Shown piece after piece: positions 23,545 through 36,944 of a DNA stretch of 64,000 bases (position 1 is its first letter; every line of letters starts with the position of its first letter). Where the stretch lies: the NCBI GenBank assembly GCA_038087875.1, contig CM075989.1:13022001-13086000 (forward strand). Direction: 5' to 3'. The position numbers were made by a program, and so were the translations under genes. The notes beneath the pieces are model-generated. The model was not told the origin of the DNA. It made no database searches and saw nothing but the letters and a program-made list of their open reading frames with translations. The DNA is from Malacoraja senta (lineage: Eukaryota).

Positions 23545-24309
23545 CTGTAAAATTTAAATTACAAACATGAACGTTTTAAACAGTGAAAAATCTGCATACA
23601 CAATCGCTTGGTCAGTGTTTGACCACAAAATTCTGCATCATCCTGCATAGTCAAATTATTACTGAATATAAACCTGGCATGCAGCCTGGCATCATCTCAA
23701 CACCTGGCACAAAACCTCGATCAAGTGAAGCCAAATTAATTTAATCAAATAATTTCATCTCAGTGGATGGAAATTAATTCTCCTAAAGACAGTGAATCTG
23801 GAGTGATTAAGTTAGAGCACGAATTAACACACAGAGAACCGCAGGTGCTGAAATCTTGAGTAAAACACCAAGTGTTGGAAAGGAGATGTTTTGGTTTGGA
23901 ACCTTTCATCAGACTTTTGAAGAAGGATCTCTACCCAAAAGATTGTCAGTGCTGGAAATAAGTTTTGCTTGGGAAGAATTACAACAATAGCACATTCAGA
24001 ACTGTCACTGTTCATAGATGTGCTTACACCCCACACTACACTTACCCCTTGATACTGGGCACTCTCCCTCTCCCCTACACCCCCATACACTGCTGGGCAT
24101 ACCCCCTCCCAAGGCTACTAGACTCACTCTGACCTGGTGCCACCCTTAACCTCTTCCAGCAATGTCTAATTCCATACTGTTCCCACCCAACCACAATTCT
24201 GGGCACTCACAATATCAGCCAATACTAATAATGATTACCCGACATTCCTCCAACCTTTGGATGTTACAACCAATGAATCTGTGAAATTGGACATCCAGCC
24301 CAAATGATG

Positions 24310-24885
24310 GATGTAAAGACATTGTGGACTGCAGAGGCAGACATAAAAAGTAGAATCAATGCTAGGGTGGTGTTTAACATGCTCAAGAAGATCTGGAGCT
24401 CAAAACACATCTCAATCAACACCAGAATACGCATCTTTAACTCAAATGTGAAACAGGTGATGCTGTATGGATCAGAGACATGGAAAACAACAAAACATAC
24501 TACAAACAGGCTGCAAACATTTATTAACACCAACCTTAGGAGAATACTTAACATCTGGTGGAGAGGCAAAGTAAGCAATGTGGACCTGTGGAAAAGAACA
24601 AGCCAGGAGCCCATTGACTTACAAATTCAAAGGAGAAAATGGAGTTGGAGCCTCAGGAAACCTGCCACAAACATCACCCGGCAGGCCCTGAAATGGAACC
24701 CCAGGGAAAAAAGAAAAGAGGTCGCCCCAGGAACAGCTGGAGAAGAGATGTCCAGACAGAAATGTCTGAGAATGGGCTCAACTGGGGAGTTCTCAAAAGA
24801 ACTGCCAACAATCGGGTGAGGTGGAGGACATTTGTCAATGGCCTATGCTCCCTAGAGGAGCAAAGGGCTTAAGAAGATAAGAAGG
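24310..24885 (+). mobile_element. RTE-clade LINE 3' fragment (frameshifted)
   Basis: DIKSRI..AR..F..L.KIW...IS..T.IRIFNSNVK.V.LYGSETW; ALKWNP.GK.KRGRPRNSWRR; TAAGAAG-like tail. Confidence 0.8.
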
Positions 24886-24952
24886 ACTACAGCAGAGCGT
24901 TTGCCATGATATGGATGATAATTCAGCTCTTTAAAGCAAATGCTAGACTTAC

Positions 24953-25106
24953 ACGAGGTTAATGGCAACTCCAACAGCTGCAATGATAATCATCACGTCT
25001 GCATTGATCTCAAAGTCCTGGTGTATGGTCCTCTGAACAGCCTCATAAACAAGCCCTATGGTTACAGCGTAGATCAGCAACACACTGAGCACTGCCGCCA
25101 GCGCCT
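24953..25106 (-). CDS. SLC30A4: SLC30A4 coding exon 3 (154 nt): EALAAVLSVLLIYAVTIGLVYEAVQRTIHQDFEINADVMIIIAAVGVAINLV
   Basis: ttgcag| acceptor, |gtaagt donor; YEAVQRTIH..EIN motif. Confidence 0.95.
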
Positions 25107-25663
25107 CTGCAACACACGGGGAGAAAGTTAGTCACATTAATAATGTACAAAACAAATAATGCAAGCATTGTCAACTCGACGACAGAAGACACTAGTCAGG
25201 ACGAATGGGCTGATCACATCAAGCACAATGATCATTGTCACAACTACATGACAACTGAACCAATGCAAAATATATGAGGAATGTGAATACCACAGCATTT
25301 TGGTACATTGTTCAACTATGCTGCCATCGACAATCTGGAGAGGGGGCAGAATGTACTCAAATGGTTCCAGAGATGAGGAATTTCAGCAATAAGATTGGTT
25401 GGAAAAGCTGGAGTAAACGAGGTTCTGAGCAGGTTTGACAGAGATCTCCCAACAAGAATGCACCCACTGGTACCCAAAGATCTTAAGCAGAGGGTGGCAG
25501 TGCTAATCTCATTCCACACATGCCGCCTCATTATGAAACATCCTCCTACAATCCATATAGAATGCATCATGTGATATCCACACAGCCATTCCTTGTTACC
25601 CCCACAAAACATTCAATTGTCCTGGACTAATTTGTCTTGGATTAATTTGTGCTTCCCTTCTTT

Positions 25664-25795
25664 AGTCTGAAGAAGGGTCCCAACCTGAAACGTCACTTAT
25701 CCATGTTCTCCAGAGATGCTGCCTGAACCACTGAGTTACTCCAGCACTTTATATCCTTTTGTGTAAACCAGTATCTGCTGTTCCTCGTTTCTATC
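25664..25795 (+). repeat. Solo pLTR mini-element with hammerhead core
   Basis: ctgaaga-agggtcccaacct-gaaacgtc at 25667-25694. Confidence 0.75.
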
Positions 25796-27027
25796 TCTCT
25801 GGATACTCATTTATGTTGTCCCTCACAATGTTCACCAGGGACAGACTGAATGGTCTTTAGTTATTCAACAATGCACATCAGTCAAGTTCTGGGACTTTAG
25901 TCACAGGGGATTTGAAAATAATGGAGCCCGATGCCTCTTTTAATAGCCTGGAATACATTTTCCCCCAGTGCTGCTAACTTAATCTACTTTGAAAAATATG
26001 TTCAAGGTCCCTCTTCCTTATTGCCAATCGCCTACATTCTTCCTATATCAATGTCCGTTCCACAAGAACTGGCGCAGGGCATTTATTCAGAACTTAACAC
26101 ACCTTCCACCTCCACACAGGCTCACATTTTTAAATGGACCCATTCTTCCATTTTAAATGTTTTAGAAAAACTGTACTTTACTTATTTTACCTTTTAACAT
26201 ATTTTCATACATTCTTAATTTTCTTTGATTTTGAAATCCCTGCACCCTGCACACCTCGCTGCTACGTCAAGCTCCCAGTCTTTGTCAAACGTTTCCTTCT
26301 TCACCTGCATTCTACTGTCAATGACCCTTAACATCTACAGGGGCCTACATTTGGAAGTTCCTCCATTTCGTCCAGTTCCTCTAAGCGCTAGAAATAATTG
26401 GTCTGAACCCTCACCCTCTCTATCCTGAGCATCTTCAAGTAGGTGTCTCCAGTCCCCTTTTTGTAAATCATATTTTATACTGCAATTTGGAACTTTCTTA
26501 CTCCTCTTTGTTCTTTTCTACAACCTTGTTTCACATAACTGTACCAGGACAGATGTATGAATAGGAGGTTTTAGAGGGCTATGTGCCAAATGCAGGCAAA
26601 TTGGACTAACCCGGTATACCAACTTGGTCATGGAGTTAGTTCGTAGGGCCTGTTCAGTGTTGTATAGGTCTATAAGGGGGTGGCCACTCAGCCCCTTGAA
26701 TCCATGTTGGCTCCTTGTTCCACAATCTCATAATTCACTTGTTATTTCCCCAATGCTCTGCAAATTATCTCCCTCCCGCAAACTTTATTTGCAAATAGAA
26801 CCCATGGTTGACATTACTTTCACCATACTCATAGACATTTTAAAATATTCTCTCTCTAACCCCCTGTATCTGAATTTTTTTAATCTCAAGCCCTTGATGC
26901 TTGAAGCACACAGTTAGAGTGTTAATACAAGGGAAAGCATTTGGCTGAAGGGGGGGGGGTGGTGGGGTGGGGAGGGAGGGAGAGGTAAGCTTAAAACATG
27001 TGTGAACATAAACCGCTTCCCTCCATC

Positions 27028-27400
27028 AGTCAAGTCAAGTTTTATTCGTCACTTGCACATAAAGTGCAAGTGAAATGAATTTGCCAGCAGCGGTACAATA
27101 AAAAAAGAACACACAATATACACTAAAAATTTACACAAACATCCACCACAGCATTCACCACTGTGGTGGAAGGCACAAAAATTGGCCAGTCCTCCCCCAT
27201 TTTCCCCCGTGGTCGGGACCTCAACCCTCCGCAGTCGCCGCTGCGGGCGTCCAGATGTTCAGACAAGGCAAGTCCAGATAAGTCCTCAATCGGTGCCTCC
27301 CCATCGGAGACCGCGGCTTCAAGTTGGTGTAGGCCGCAGGCCGGCGATCGAAGATTTAAAGTCCCCGCCGCAGCCAGACGCACCGCTCCTCTCCAGTCAA
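27028..27400 (-). mobile_element. Non-autonomous retroelement related to 7765-8690
   Basis: (ACTTG)n tail, aataaa, 10-bp hairpin 27049-27073, shared ccttccaccacagtgg block. Confidence 0.55.
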
Positions 27401-30400
27401 ACTGCTTCCAGGACTTCAATATCCAGGACTTCAAGGAGAACATCTGCTCATTCCCTGCCCACCTCGCAGCTGAGACCCGTTATCCTCAGAACAAGTCAAA
27501 TAACCTGATTAAATTATGATCCCCACTTCCAAACCACTACCACACCCACTGCTGCACAATGTGGGTGCTGTCAGGGCAGCTTAACATCTACCCCTTAATC
27601 TTATGTTTCCATAAGATCACTTGTCATTCTTCTGGACTTAAAAGAACACAATGCAGCTTCTTAAGTTGTTGATAACCCCAGAAATCAGTCTGGTGAATCT
27701 CTTTGGGACAGTCTCCATTGATAGCATATCTGTTTTTAAATACAGGGCCAAAATTGTACCTGGTATATCAAAGAGCAGCCTTGCCAACATCCTGTAAAAT
27801 TTTAACTATACTCTGCATTTTTAAACTTAAAATCCTTGGCAATAAAGACCATCATGTTATTTGTCTTCTTAATTACTACTGCACCTGCAAGCTAAAATTA
27901 TGTGTTTCCTGCACAAGGGCACCTGGAGTCAATGCATTTGCAGTCTCTCATTAAATAATCATACTTCCCTACCTTAAACTGCATTTGCTTATTGCCTGTT
28001 CACTCAAACCTTCTTTCTCCTGCTTCAGTATCCAAATATCCTTTTTCCAAGTTACTCTCCCACATATTTACGTCATCAACAACCTCCAAAGGCCAACAAC
28101 GGATCCTCTGCAGAACTTGCACCAATGTCTAAAGATTCCAATGCTCTCCCTGCTGCATTCTCTTCAGCCATGTATTCATTTGCATCCTCCTCCTATTTCT
28201 GTACTCACTCATGCGTGCTGCAAGTAATAAACCAGAAATTACTAACTGTGACGGGCTCTTTTTAAATTTGTTCCATTCATTCCTGCGTTCTGCAGCGTCC
28301 TTGACTCGGGTACTATGAAGAACCTTCAACCCAGGCATCATAGCTGAGCCCCAGAACTGCTCATCCACCAGCATGCACCCCACTCCCTCACCTCACCCCA
28401 TCACGTACTGAATTCCTGTCACCCCAGATCTCTGTAGTTTGGTTTCTACCCCGTTCAGGCAAGTCACCTGCTTTACCTTGGACTTTGATCTGGTTGAACT
28501 CCCAAGGAATTTAACACTTTCTCCAGTGTTCAGAAGCGAAAACCAACTGTAGAGTCAAGGGTATTCAGTAGATGCTTGCATTTCCTGCCTGGTCCTCCTA
28601 GTCAGACCGTTCTTCCTCCATATGCAGACACAAGTTGCAGCAATCACCACCTGGAACATGCTGTCCATGTAATCTTTGGCCTTACAGATGTCACCAAAGT
28701 GTCAGCAAGTCCTGCTCAAGGTCTGAACAGTTAACAATTACTGCAGGTGTAGTTGCCAACAGCTCAAGACTTGGTACCCAGCTACATTGTCAGATTATTC
28801 AACTCATGTTGTTTTCTTCTTAATTCAGACCATTTTCTTTCCGTTATTTTTAATATTAAGCACCACCTCTTTCCCCCATGCAACGAATTCCCAATTTCAC
28901 CAAAATGTCACACCTTCACTGCTGCCAAAATACACTTAGGGAACATACTGTACTTGGCTTCCAGTACATACAAAGACTAAATATTTAATAAGCACTTTTA
29001 AAGAAGCACTGTTTGTAACAAGACCACAGCTTACATCCTCATAGGGAACTTGTTTTCCCCCATCATTGACCAAGTTGGACACCCTGCATGATTACATCTG
29101 CAACCAGTACTTTTGTCATTGATACGTCTGTCCAAGGCAGTATTGATAGAATTAGTATAAGAATTGGACAGTATTGGTAGCTCCAACAATTTCCTTCAAC
29201 ATCATTGAGGATGGCACCATGGATTCAGTGACATCCCAAACTCCACCCTCAAGATTCACTCCTTCCACCACTGTGGCTACAATGTGCAATATCAAAGAAT
29301 GCACTGCGCTTACTTATCTAGGTCCCTGACTGTAGCCCCACAAACTTGCAATCTCTTCCACCAGCAAGAGCAGAGAATCACCACCATCTACAGGTTCCCC
29401 AGCTTGCACACTGGGCTGATTTGGAAATATACTTATAAACCTCATCATCACTCAGTCAATACTGAATCTCCCTTGCCAACAGCAACGGAAAGCCATCAAA
29501 AATGTGGTTCATCAACACCTTCTTCAAAGCAGTAAAGGCAATAGATGCTGGCCTTACCAGCGATAGTCAAATCCCACAAATGAATTAACAATTGTAATTC
29601 TAACAAGACATAAAGGAGATAGGCAGAGTAGGTGCAAGGGAAGAAGTTGCATTTTCAAGGTGAGATTGCAGTAAAAAATAATACATTAAAAGAATACAGC
29701 TTTCTCACTTTTTTCCCACCTAGACAACTCCTTGACACATGCAGTCTTCATCTGTGTTATAATTATGACCCCCATCCCTGTACACACACTCTTACTCTTT
29801 CCTTCTCCACCAGCTCTTCTCTAGAATTTTGTCCAAACTTTCAGCCTCAGTCACAGATGCAATACATTTGGAGCACACAAAGTCACTCCTCACCAGATTA
29901 GGCAGTCAATGCTGTGTGGCATAATACACTCTCCATTGTCTTGTTGTAAATGTTGTGCCTTTAGGTCTAAAGGCAGTGTGTAGGTGAAGTATACAGCAAT
30001 CATTGTTTTATTGCTTTATATTTAGGGACATAATACAAAGTTCAAACAGTGAGTTTCTGTTCAAGCGACCGACTAATAAGGGTTTTCCAATGTAATGATT
30101 TTTAGTTCAGTTTACCAACACACATATTCCATAACACTAAATCAAATCTAGGAGTTAGTGTACGGTTGAACTGAATAAGTAAGCAAAGACCAATACATTA
30201 CAGGAGGAGGCCATTCACATCATCTTGTGTCGTCTCTTTGATGGAGCTACCTGTATAGTAAGATAGTTCTCAATAATATGTGAAGCATATGGATGCAGGC
30301 TAAAACAAAGATAGTTTAATTTGCAGTTAAAATTAAGCTTTGATGAACATGAACCACAATTCCTGGGGTTTACCCACCCCCTCCAGATGTTCTGCAAATG

Positions 30401-30651
30401 TTCCCTGGTATGATTGTCACTGGCACGAGGAGCCACATCTGCAACCACAGAAACACACCCCAACCATTGAATTCCCTATCATTATTGTTCTCACATTTTC
30501 TTCCCGCTCTCCTATGCAGCCAAGCCATTCAGTGTCATGATCCTAACTCTGTCTGCATTCCTTTACAGACCCCTAATAGCGTGCCAAATGGACGTCTGCT
30601 CAACAACAATGACTCATTCATTACTCACGGGCTTCTTCTAGTCTGACCCAA

Positions 30652-30745
30652 TCAGTCTGAAGGGCCCCTCCCTGAAACGTCACCTATCCATGCTCTCCAG
30701 ATGTGCTGCCTGACCTGCTGAGTTACTCCAGCATTCTGTATCTCT
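30652..30745 (+). repeat. Degenerate pLTR mini-element
   Basis: ctgaaacgtcacctatccatg...gctgcctgacctgctgagttactccagca. Confidence 0.7.
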
Positions 30746-30829
30746 CCTTCCAGTCTGATTGATGGTCCCCCATGAACTCTGCCTTGTCAAACCCAAGCTA
30801 CAGTGTGATCACCTCCCCAATCATGTTAT

Positions 30830-33800
30830 TGGGGAGGGACTCAAATAGAGAAAGCTAGTGGAAAATGTGGGAGGCAGGAGGCAGAGAAGGGAAGCACTCG
30901 GACCCAAAATGTAGGGGAGAAAGAAGAAAAAGATAATAAACAGAGAATAAGTGGTGGTGGGTTTCTTAAATGTGTATATTTTAATGCTAGGAGCATTGTA
31001 AGAAAGGTGGATGAGCTTAGAGCCTGGATTGACACCTGGAAGTATGATGTTGTGGCGATCAGTGAAACATGGTTGCAGGAGGGCTGTGATTGGCAAATAA
31101 ATATTCCAGGATTTCGTTGCTTCAGGGGTGATAGAATTGGAGGGGCAAGAGGTGGGGGTGTTGCATTGCTTGTCAAGGAAGATATTACAGCAGTGCTTTG
31201 GCAGGATAGATTAGAGGGCTCGTCTAGGGAGGCTATTTGGGTGGAACTGAGAAATGGGAAAGGTGTAGCAACACTTATAGGCCGTATTATAGACCGCCAA
31301 ATGGGGAGCGAGAATTGGAAGAGCAAATATGTAAGGAGATAGCAGATATTAGTAGTAAGCACAAGGTAGTGATTGTGGGAGATTTCAATTTTCCACACAT
31401 AGACTGGGAAACACATTCTGTAAAAGGGCTGGATGGTTTGGAGTTTGTAAAATGTGTGCAAGATAGTTTTTTGCAGCAATACATAGAGGTACCTACTAGA
31501 GAAGGGGCAGTGCTGGACCTCCTGTTAGGAAATGAGACAGGGCAAGTGGCGGAGGTATGCGTCGGGGAGCACTTCGGGTCCAGTGATCACAATACCATTA
31601 GTTTCAATATAATTATGGAGAGGGTCAGAACTGGACCTAGGGTTGAGATTTTTGTTTGGAGAAAGGCTAACTTTGAGGAGATGCGAAAGGATTTAAAAGG
31701 AGTGAATTGGGACATGTTGTTTTATGGGAAGGGTGTAGAAGAAAAATGGAGGACATTTAAGGGTGAAATTTTAAGAGTACAGAATCTTTATGTCCATGTT
31801 CGGTTGAGAGGAAATAGTAAAAAATGGAAAGAGCCATGGTTTTCAAGGGAAATTGGACACTTGGTTCGGAAAAAGAGAGAGATCTACAATAATTATAGGC
31901 AGCATGGAGTAAATGAGGTGCTTGAGGAGTATAAAGAATGTAAAAAGAATATTAAGAAAGAAATTAGAAAAGCTAAAAGAAGATATGAGGTTGCTTTGGC
32001 AAGTAAGGTGAAAGTAAATCCAAAGGGTTTCTACAGCTATATTAATAGCAAAAGGATAACAAGGAATAAAATCGGTCCATTAGAGAGTCAGAGTGGACAG
32101 CTATCTGCAGAGCCAAAAGAGATGGGGGAGATATTGAACAATTTCTTTTCTTCGGTATTCACGAAGGAGAAGGATATGGAATTATGTGAGGTAAGGGAAA
32201 CGAGCAGAGTAGCAATGGAAACTGTGAGATTCAAAGAAGAGGAGGTGCGGACACTTTTGAAAAATATGAAAACGGATAAGTCTCCAGGTCCTGACAGGAT
32301 ATTCCCTAGGACATTGAGGGAAGTTAGTGTAGAAATAGCAGGGGCTATGACAGAAATATTTCAAATGTCATTAGAAACGGGAATAGTGCCGGAGGATTGG
32401 CGTACTGCGCATGTTGTTCCGTTGTTTAAAAAGGGTTCGAAGAGTAAACCTAGCAATTATAGACCTGTTAGTTTGACGTCAGTGGTGGGCAAATTAATGG
32501 AAAGGATACTTAAAGATAATATATATAAGCATCTGGATAAGCAGGGTCTGATTAGGAACAGTCAACATGGATTTGTGCCTGGAAGGTCATGCTTGACTAA
32601 TCTTCTTGAATTTTTCGAAGAGGTTACTAGGGAAATTGATGAGGGTAAAGCAGTGGATGTTGTCTATATGGACTTCAGTAAGGCCTTTGACAAGGTTCCT
32701 CATGGAAGGTTGGTTAAGAAGATTCAATTGTTGGGTATTAATGGTGGAGTAGCAAGATGGATTCAACAGTGGCTGAATGGGAGATGCCAGAGAGTAATGG
32801 TGGATGGCTGTTTGTCAGGTTGGAGGCCAGTGACTAGTGGGGTGCCTCAGGGGTCTGTGTTGGGTCCACTGTTGTTTGTCATGTACATCAATGATCTGGA
32901 TGAAGGTGTGGAAAATTGGATTAGTAAGTATGCAGATGATACTAAGATAGGTGGTGTTGTGGATAATGAAGTAGATTTTCAAAGTCTACAGAGAGATTTA
33001 GGCCATTTGGAAGAGTGGGCTGAAAGATGGCAGATGGAGTTTAATGCTGACAAATGTGAGGTGCTACATCTCGGCAGGACAAATCAAAATAGGACGTACA
33101 CGGTAAATGGTAGCGAATTGAGGAATGCAGTTGAACAGAGGGATCTAGGAATAACTGTGCATAGTTCCCTGAAGGTGGAATCTCATGTAGATAGGGTGGT
33201 AAAGAAAGCTTTTGGTGTGCTGGCCTTTATAAATCAGAGCATTGAATATAGAAGTTGGGATGTAATGTTAAAATTGTACAAGGCATTGGTGAGGCCAATT
33301 CTGGAGTATGGAGTACAATTTTGGTCGCCTAATTATAGGAAGGATGTCAACAAAATAGAGAGAGTACAGAGGAGATTTACTAGAATGTTGCCTGGGTTTC
33401 AGCAACTAAGTTACAGAGAAAGGTTGAACAAGTTAGGTCTTTATTCTTTGGAGCGCAGAAGGTTAAGAGGGGACTTGATAGAGGTCTTTAAAATTATGAG
33501 CGGGTTAGACAGAGTGGACGTGGATAAGCTTTTCCCATTGAGAGTAGGGAAGATTCAAACAAGGGGACATGACTTGAGAATTAAGGGACAGAAGTTTAGG
33601 GGGAACATTAGGGGGAACTTCTTTACTCAGAGAGTGGTAGCTGTGTGGAATGAGCTTCCAGTGGAAGTGGTGGAGGCAGGTTCGATGTTATCCTTTAAAA
33701 ATAGATTGGATGGGTATATGGACGGGAAAGGAATGGAGGGTTATGGTCCGAGTGCAGGTAGATGGGACTAGGGGGAAGTATTTTATTTTTAATTTAAAAA

Positions 33801-33910
33801 AAAAAAATAATAATAATAATAATAATAATAATAATTAATGTTCGGCACGGACTTGAAGGGCCGAGATGGCCTGTTTCCGTGCTGTTATGGTTATATGGTT
33901 ATATGGTTAT
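30830..33910 (+). mobile_element. CR1 LINE, 5'-truncated, near-complete ORF2 (APE endonuclease + RT), antisense in an SLC30A4 intron
   Basis: YFNARS/ISETWL/GGGVA/GDFN/SDH APE motifs; KSPGPD, NYRPVSLTS, QHGF, DFSKAFDKV, PQGSVLGP, YADD; 3' (GGTTATAT)n tail 33884-33910. Confidence 0.95.
30959..33771 (+). pseudogene. CR1 ORF2 with a single frameshift near 31281
   Basis: ORF 31007..31342 (APE N-terminus) and ORF 31237..33771 switch frame at ...TLIG / YYRPPN. Confidence 0.8.
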
Positions 33911-34159
33911 CAGCCCCATGGATGCACCTCAGTGACTCTTAGCATCGGCCCAGCTCTGAAACACAGCACAAGCTGCTGCAACTAGACTTGACGATTTCTG
34001 GAACACCGGAGTCATCCAGGACCTCCCACATGATGCATAGGGTGCGTCCACTTGGAGAACCTGTCCTGCCAGGCCACACCCTCACCAAAACCTAGAACAA
34101 TAAGAGTGTCAAAAGACTCACCGTACAGCTACTGACATTCAGAAGCCCATGGTGAACAC

Positions 34160-34512
34160 AAAAGATCCTATAGCAAGCAAGATAGCCCACTCGACGAAAA
34201 AGACGTAGTACGGTCATGGGCAGATTCATGAGTAATTTTCGGCCCGTTTCCGTAACCGGCTTCCGTCTGCGGAGACGGTTACGGAAACATCCTCGTAAAA
34301 ATAAAATTTCTTTGGTAAAAATCTTCTCCTCATTTACAGAATTAAAATTTATTAACACAAACTGTTCCCCCGCAACGTCGATTACACTGCGAGTCGGGTC
34401 GGGTTACTGAAATGGATGAAAAAAAGGCCCACGTTCCGCTCCGTTGTGTACTACACGTCAGCTCATTGCATTTAGCAGGAGTGTTCTATCTTGCTCCGGT
34501 ATAGGATCTTTG
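34160..34512. mobile_element. Non-autonomous DNA transposon (MITE), about 33-bp imperfect TIRs, 8-bp TSD GTGAACAC
   Basis: aaaagatcctatagcaagcaagatagcccactc / gagtgttctatcttgctccggtataggatctttg; gtgaacac at 34152-34159 and 34513-34520. Confidence 0.85.
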
Positions 34513-35089
34513 GTGAACACTCCCATACAGACAACTCAGCATTACCAGCCTCACTGAACCCCCCCCCCCCCCCCACCATCGACAAAAAGTGCTGGAATAA
34601 CGCAGCGGGTCAGGCAGCAACCCTGGAGAACATGATGGGTGATGTTTCCGGTCGGGACTTTAGCATCCCTTTATAAGCTCCCAAGTTGTACTGGGGAGTC
34701 AGCTAACTGTACTTGGTTAGTGAGAGGCTCCCTCCACTTCCCCATGCAGCTCCTTCCCTTCCCACCCCCACCCCCAGAGGGCACCTTGCTTACCTCATCA
34801 GCTGAAACTGCAAGCTCCGCATTAAAGCCTCTCTTCATTATACTTTTCCTATAACTTTGGCCCATCATCTCTCCTGATCAATCTCAATTTAGGACTGTCA
34901 GCTTGAAGTACTGAGAGAGCAAAGCCAGGACTGCAGCAAGACAAAGACTTTATACCACAGCACGTCTGAATGGCAAAAAGTTGATATTGGTCCATAACAA
35001 AGGAAATTAACACAATGTAATCATCCAACCAATTGTGCACCAAAAAGGTGAAGTGAGAGCTTACAATAATCAGGCAAATTATCACGTAC

Positions 35090-35236
35090 CAAATCGATGC
35101 CAGCCGAACGTGAACCTGTTACTTGGAGGCCTTGCAGAAAGATAGAGTGCAACCAAGGAAGCAGCAATCCCCAGCACATCGGCCAGCATGTGAACAGCAT
35201 CGGTCATGATTGCCAGGCTGTTAGAAAGCCACCCTC
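35090..35236 (-). CDS. SLC30A4: SLC30A4 coding exon 2 (147 nt): [49 protein letters not shown]
   Basis: aatcag| acceptor, G|gtacgt donor; CDF signature [11 protein letters not shown]. Confidence 0.95.
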
Positions 35237-35529
35237 CTGATTAGTGGGGAAAGAAAGGGGGGGAAAAAAACCCACTTAGACAAAATCACTGAACATAGGA
35301 ACAGGAGATGGTGCTTCAACTTGCTCCATCATTCATTAACATCCAGGTTGATGTCTCAAATCCTTTCATACTTTTGGTTACTGCCATAGCATAACATGTA
35401 CCACATTGACTTAGTCCTCTAAATATAAAGGTCAGAATTTGCAATCTATTAAAGGATCACAACCCAATTCATCGCCTGTCCAATCCCCCCCCCCCCCCAG
35501 ATGTTGTCTGATCTACTGAATCCCCCTCT

Positions 35530-36030
35530 TGCACTTTGTATTTTACTTGGATGTAAATGTTGATTGGTTGGTGAGTACGTTTGTTGTCGACACCAAAATT
35601 GCAGGAGTTGCAGACAGTGAAGAAGGCTGTCAGAAAATACAGCGTGATACACATCAGCTGCAGAAAAGGACAGAGAAATGGCATATGGAGTTTAATCGGA
35701 GCACATGTGAGGTGTTGCACTTTGGGAGGTTGAATGTAAGCGGAAAGTATACAGTTAATGGCAGGACCCTTAACAGCATTGAAGTGTAAAGGGATCTTGG
35801 CGTCAGAGTTCATAACTCACTGAAGATGGCAGCACAAGTACATAGGGTGGTAAAGAATGCGTCTGGTATGCTTGGCTTTATTGCCAGGGCATTGAGTACA
35901 AGAGTCAGGGAATCATGATGCAGTTCCATAAGACTGGTTAGGTCGCATTTGGAGTATTGCATACAGTTCTCGTCGCCCCATTACAGGAAGGATGTGGAGG
36001 CTTTGGAAAGGGTACAGATAAGGTTTACCG
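35530..36030 (+). mobile_element. Decayed CR1 RT fragment
   Basis: DTKIAGVADSEE...WHMEFN...CEVLHFG; EYCIQF.SPHYRKDV. Confidence 0.75.
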
Positions 36031-36511
36031 GATTCTGCCATTACAGGTGCTCCAGAACATTAGTGTGCCCTTCCCTCAACGCTCCAATCTCCCCATACTT
36101 CTCCCTGGTGAAAAGTTCCATTCTACCTTTCCACCATCAGCTTTCCTTTACACACCCTCCCACTCAAGTTCAGATAGCAAAGCTCCCTTTTCCACTAGAG
36201 GTTTTGTCCAAAATTCTGATAACTCTGCCTAATTTAAAACCAAAAACACAACTTCCCCTTAGTGCCACTCGCCTTCCCCATAGTATCCATGGACGCTTAC
36301 TTCCTTGTTAAAGGATTTATACCAAAGCAGGCTGATTTCCAGCAAAGGCTGAATTTTGCACCATTATGCAGCACATTAAAACCCAGAAATGGTAGGATGC
36401 AATCTTCTATCTAATCAATTACCCCACTCATAAATTACAAAGAGGCATAAAACTGTAAAACTATTCAACAAAAGTTCAAATTGTCATCCAAATATCCAAA
36501 ATCAAACTTAC

Positions 36512-36944
36512 CCACAAGTTCTCCAACGGTAAACAAACTGTAGAGTGTAACAGCAATCCACAATTTTCTTTTTACCGTCCTCTGCTTGACTAATTCTGAG
36601 TTCTTTGTACAATGTTTGCATTCCTCATTACACTGTCCAGCTTCTTGAAATTCACCCTGCAAGCCTGGTTTCTGCAGAGCCTCCAACTCCTCATGAGTGT
36701 TGGTGCTCTCGCCATTGGCTTCCGTGCTCCCATTACAAATCACAATCGGCACATTTGCAATCTCCTCAGTCTGATCAAAAGTGACCACTTGCAGTTTACA
36801 GGTACTGTTGAATGTCGACATATCTCCATCGTCCTCTGCATCATCAGCAAAGTCTAGTGCAACAGTGTCATTTGTTAAGTCCGTGCAGGCTCCGTCATCC
36901 TGGTGGGTGAATGACTTCAATTTACTCCATAAGGATTTAGCCAT
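36512..36944 (-). CDS. SLC30A4: SLC30A4 first coding exon (in-frame ATG also at 36950); exon probably starts at 37078
   Basis: MAKSLWSKLKSF...NDTVALDFADD...KQR.VK.KL.IA..LY.LF..GELV|gtaagt resembles the ZnT4 N-terminus; total CDS 1314 nt. Confidence 0.92.
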
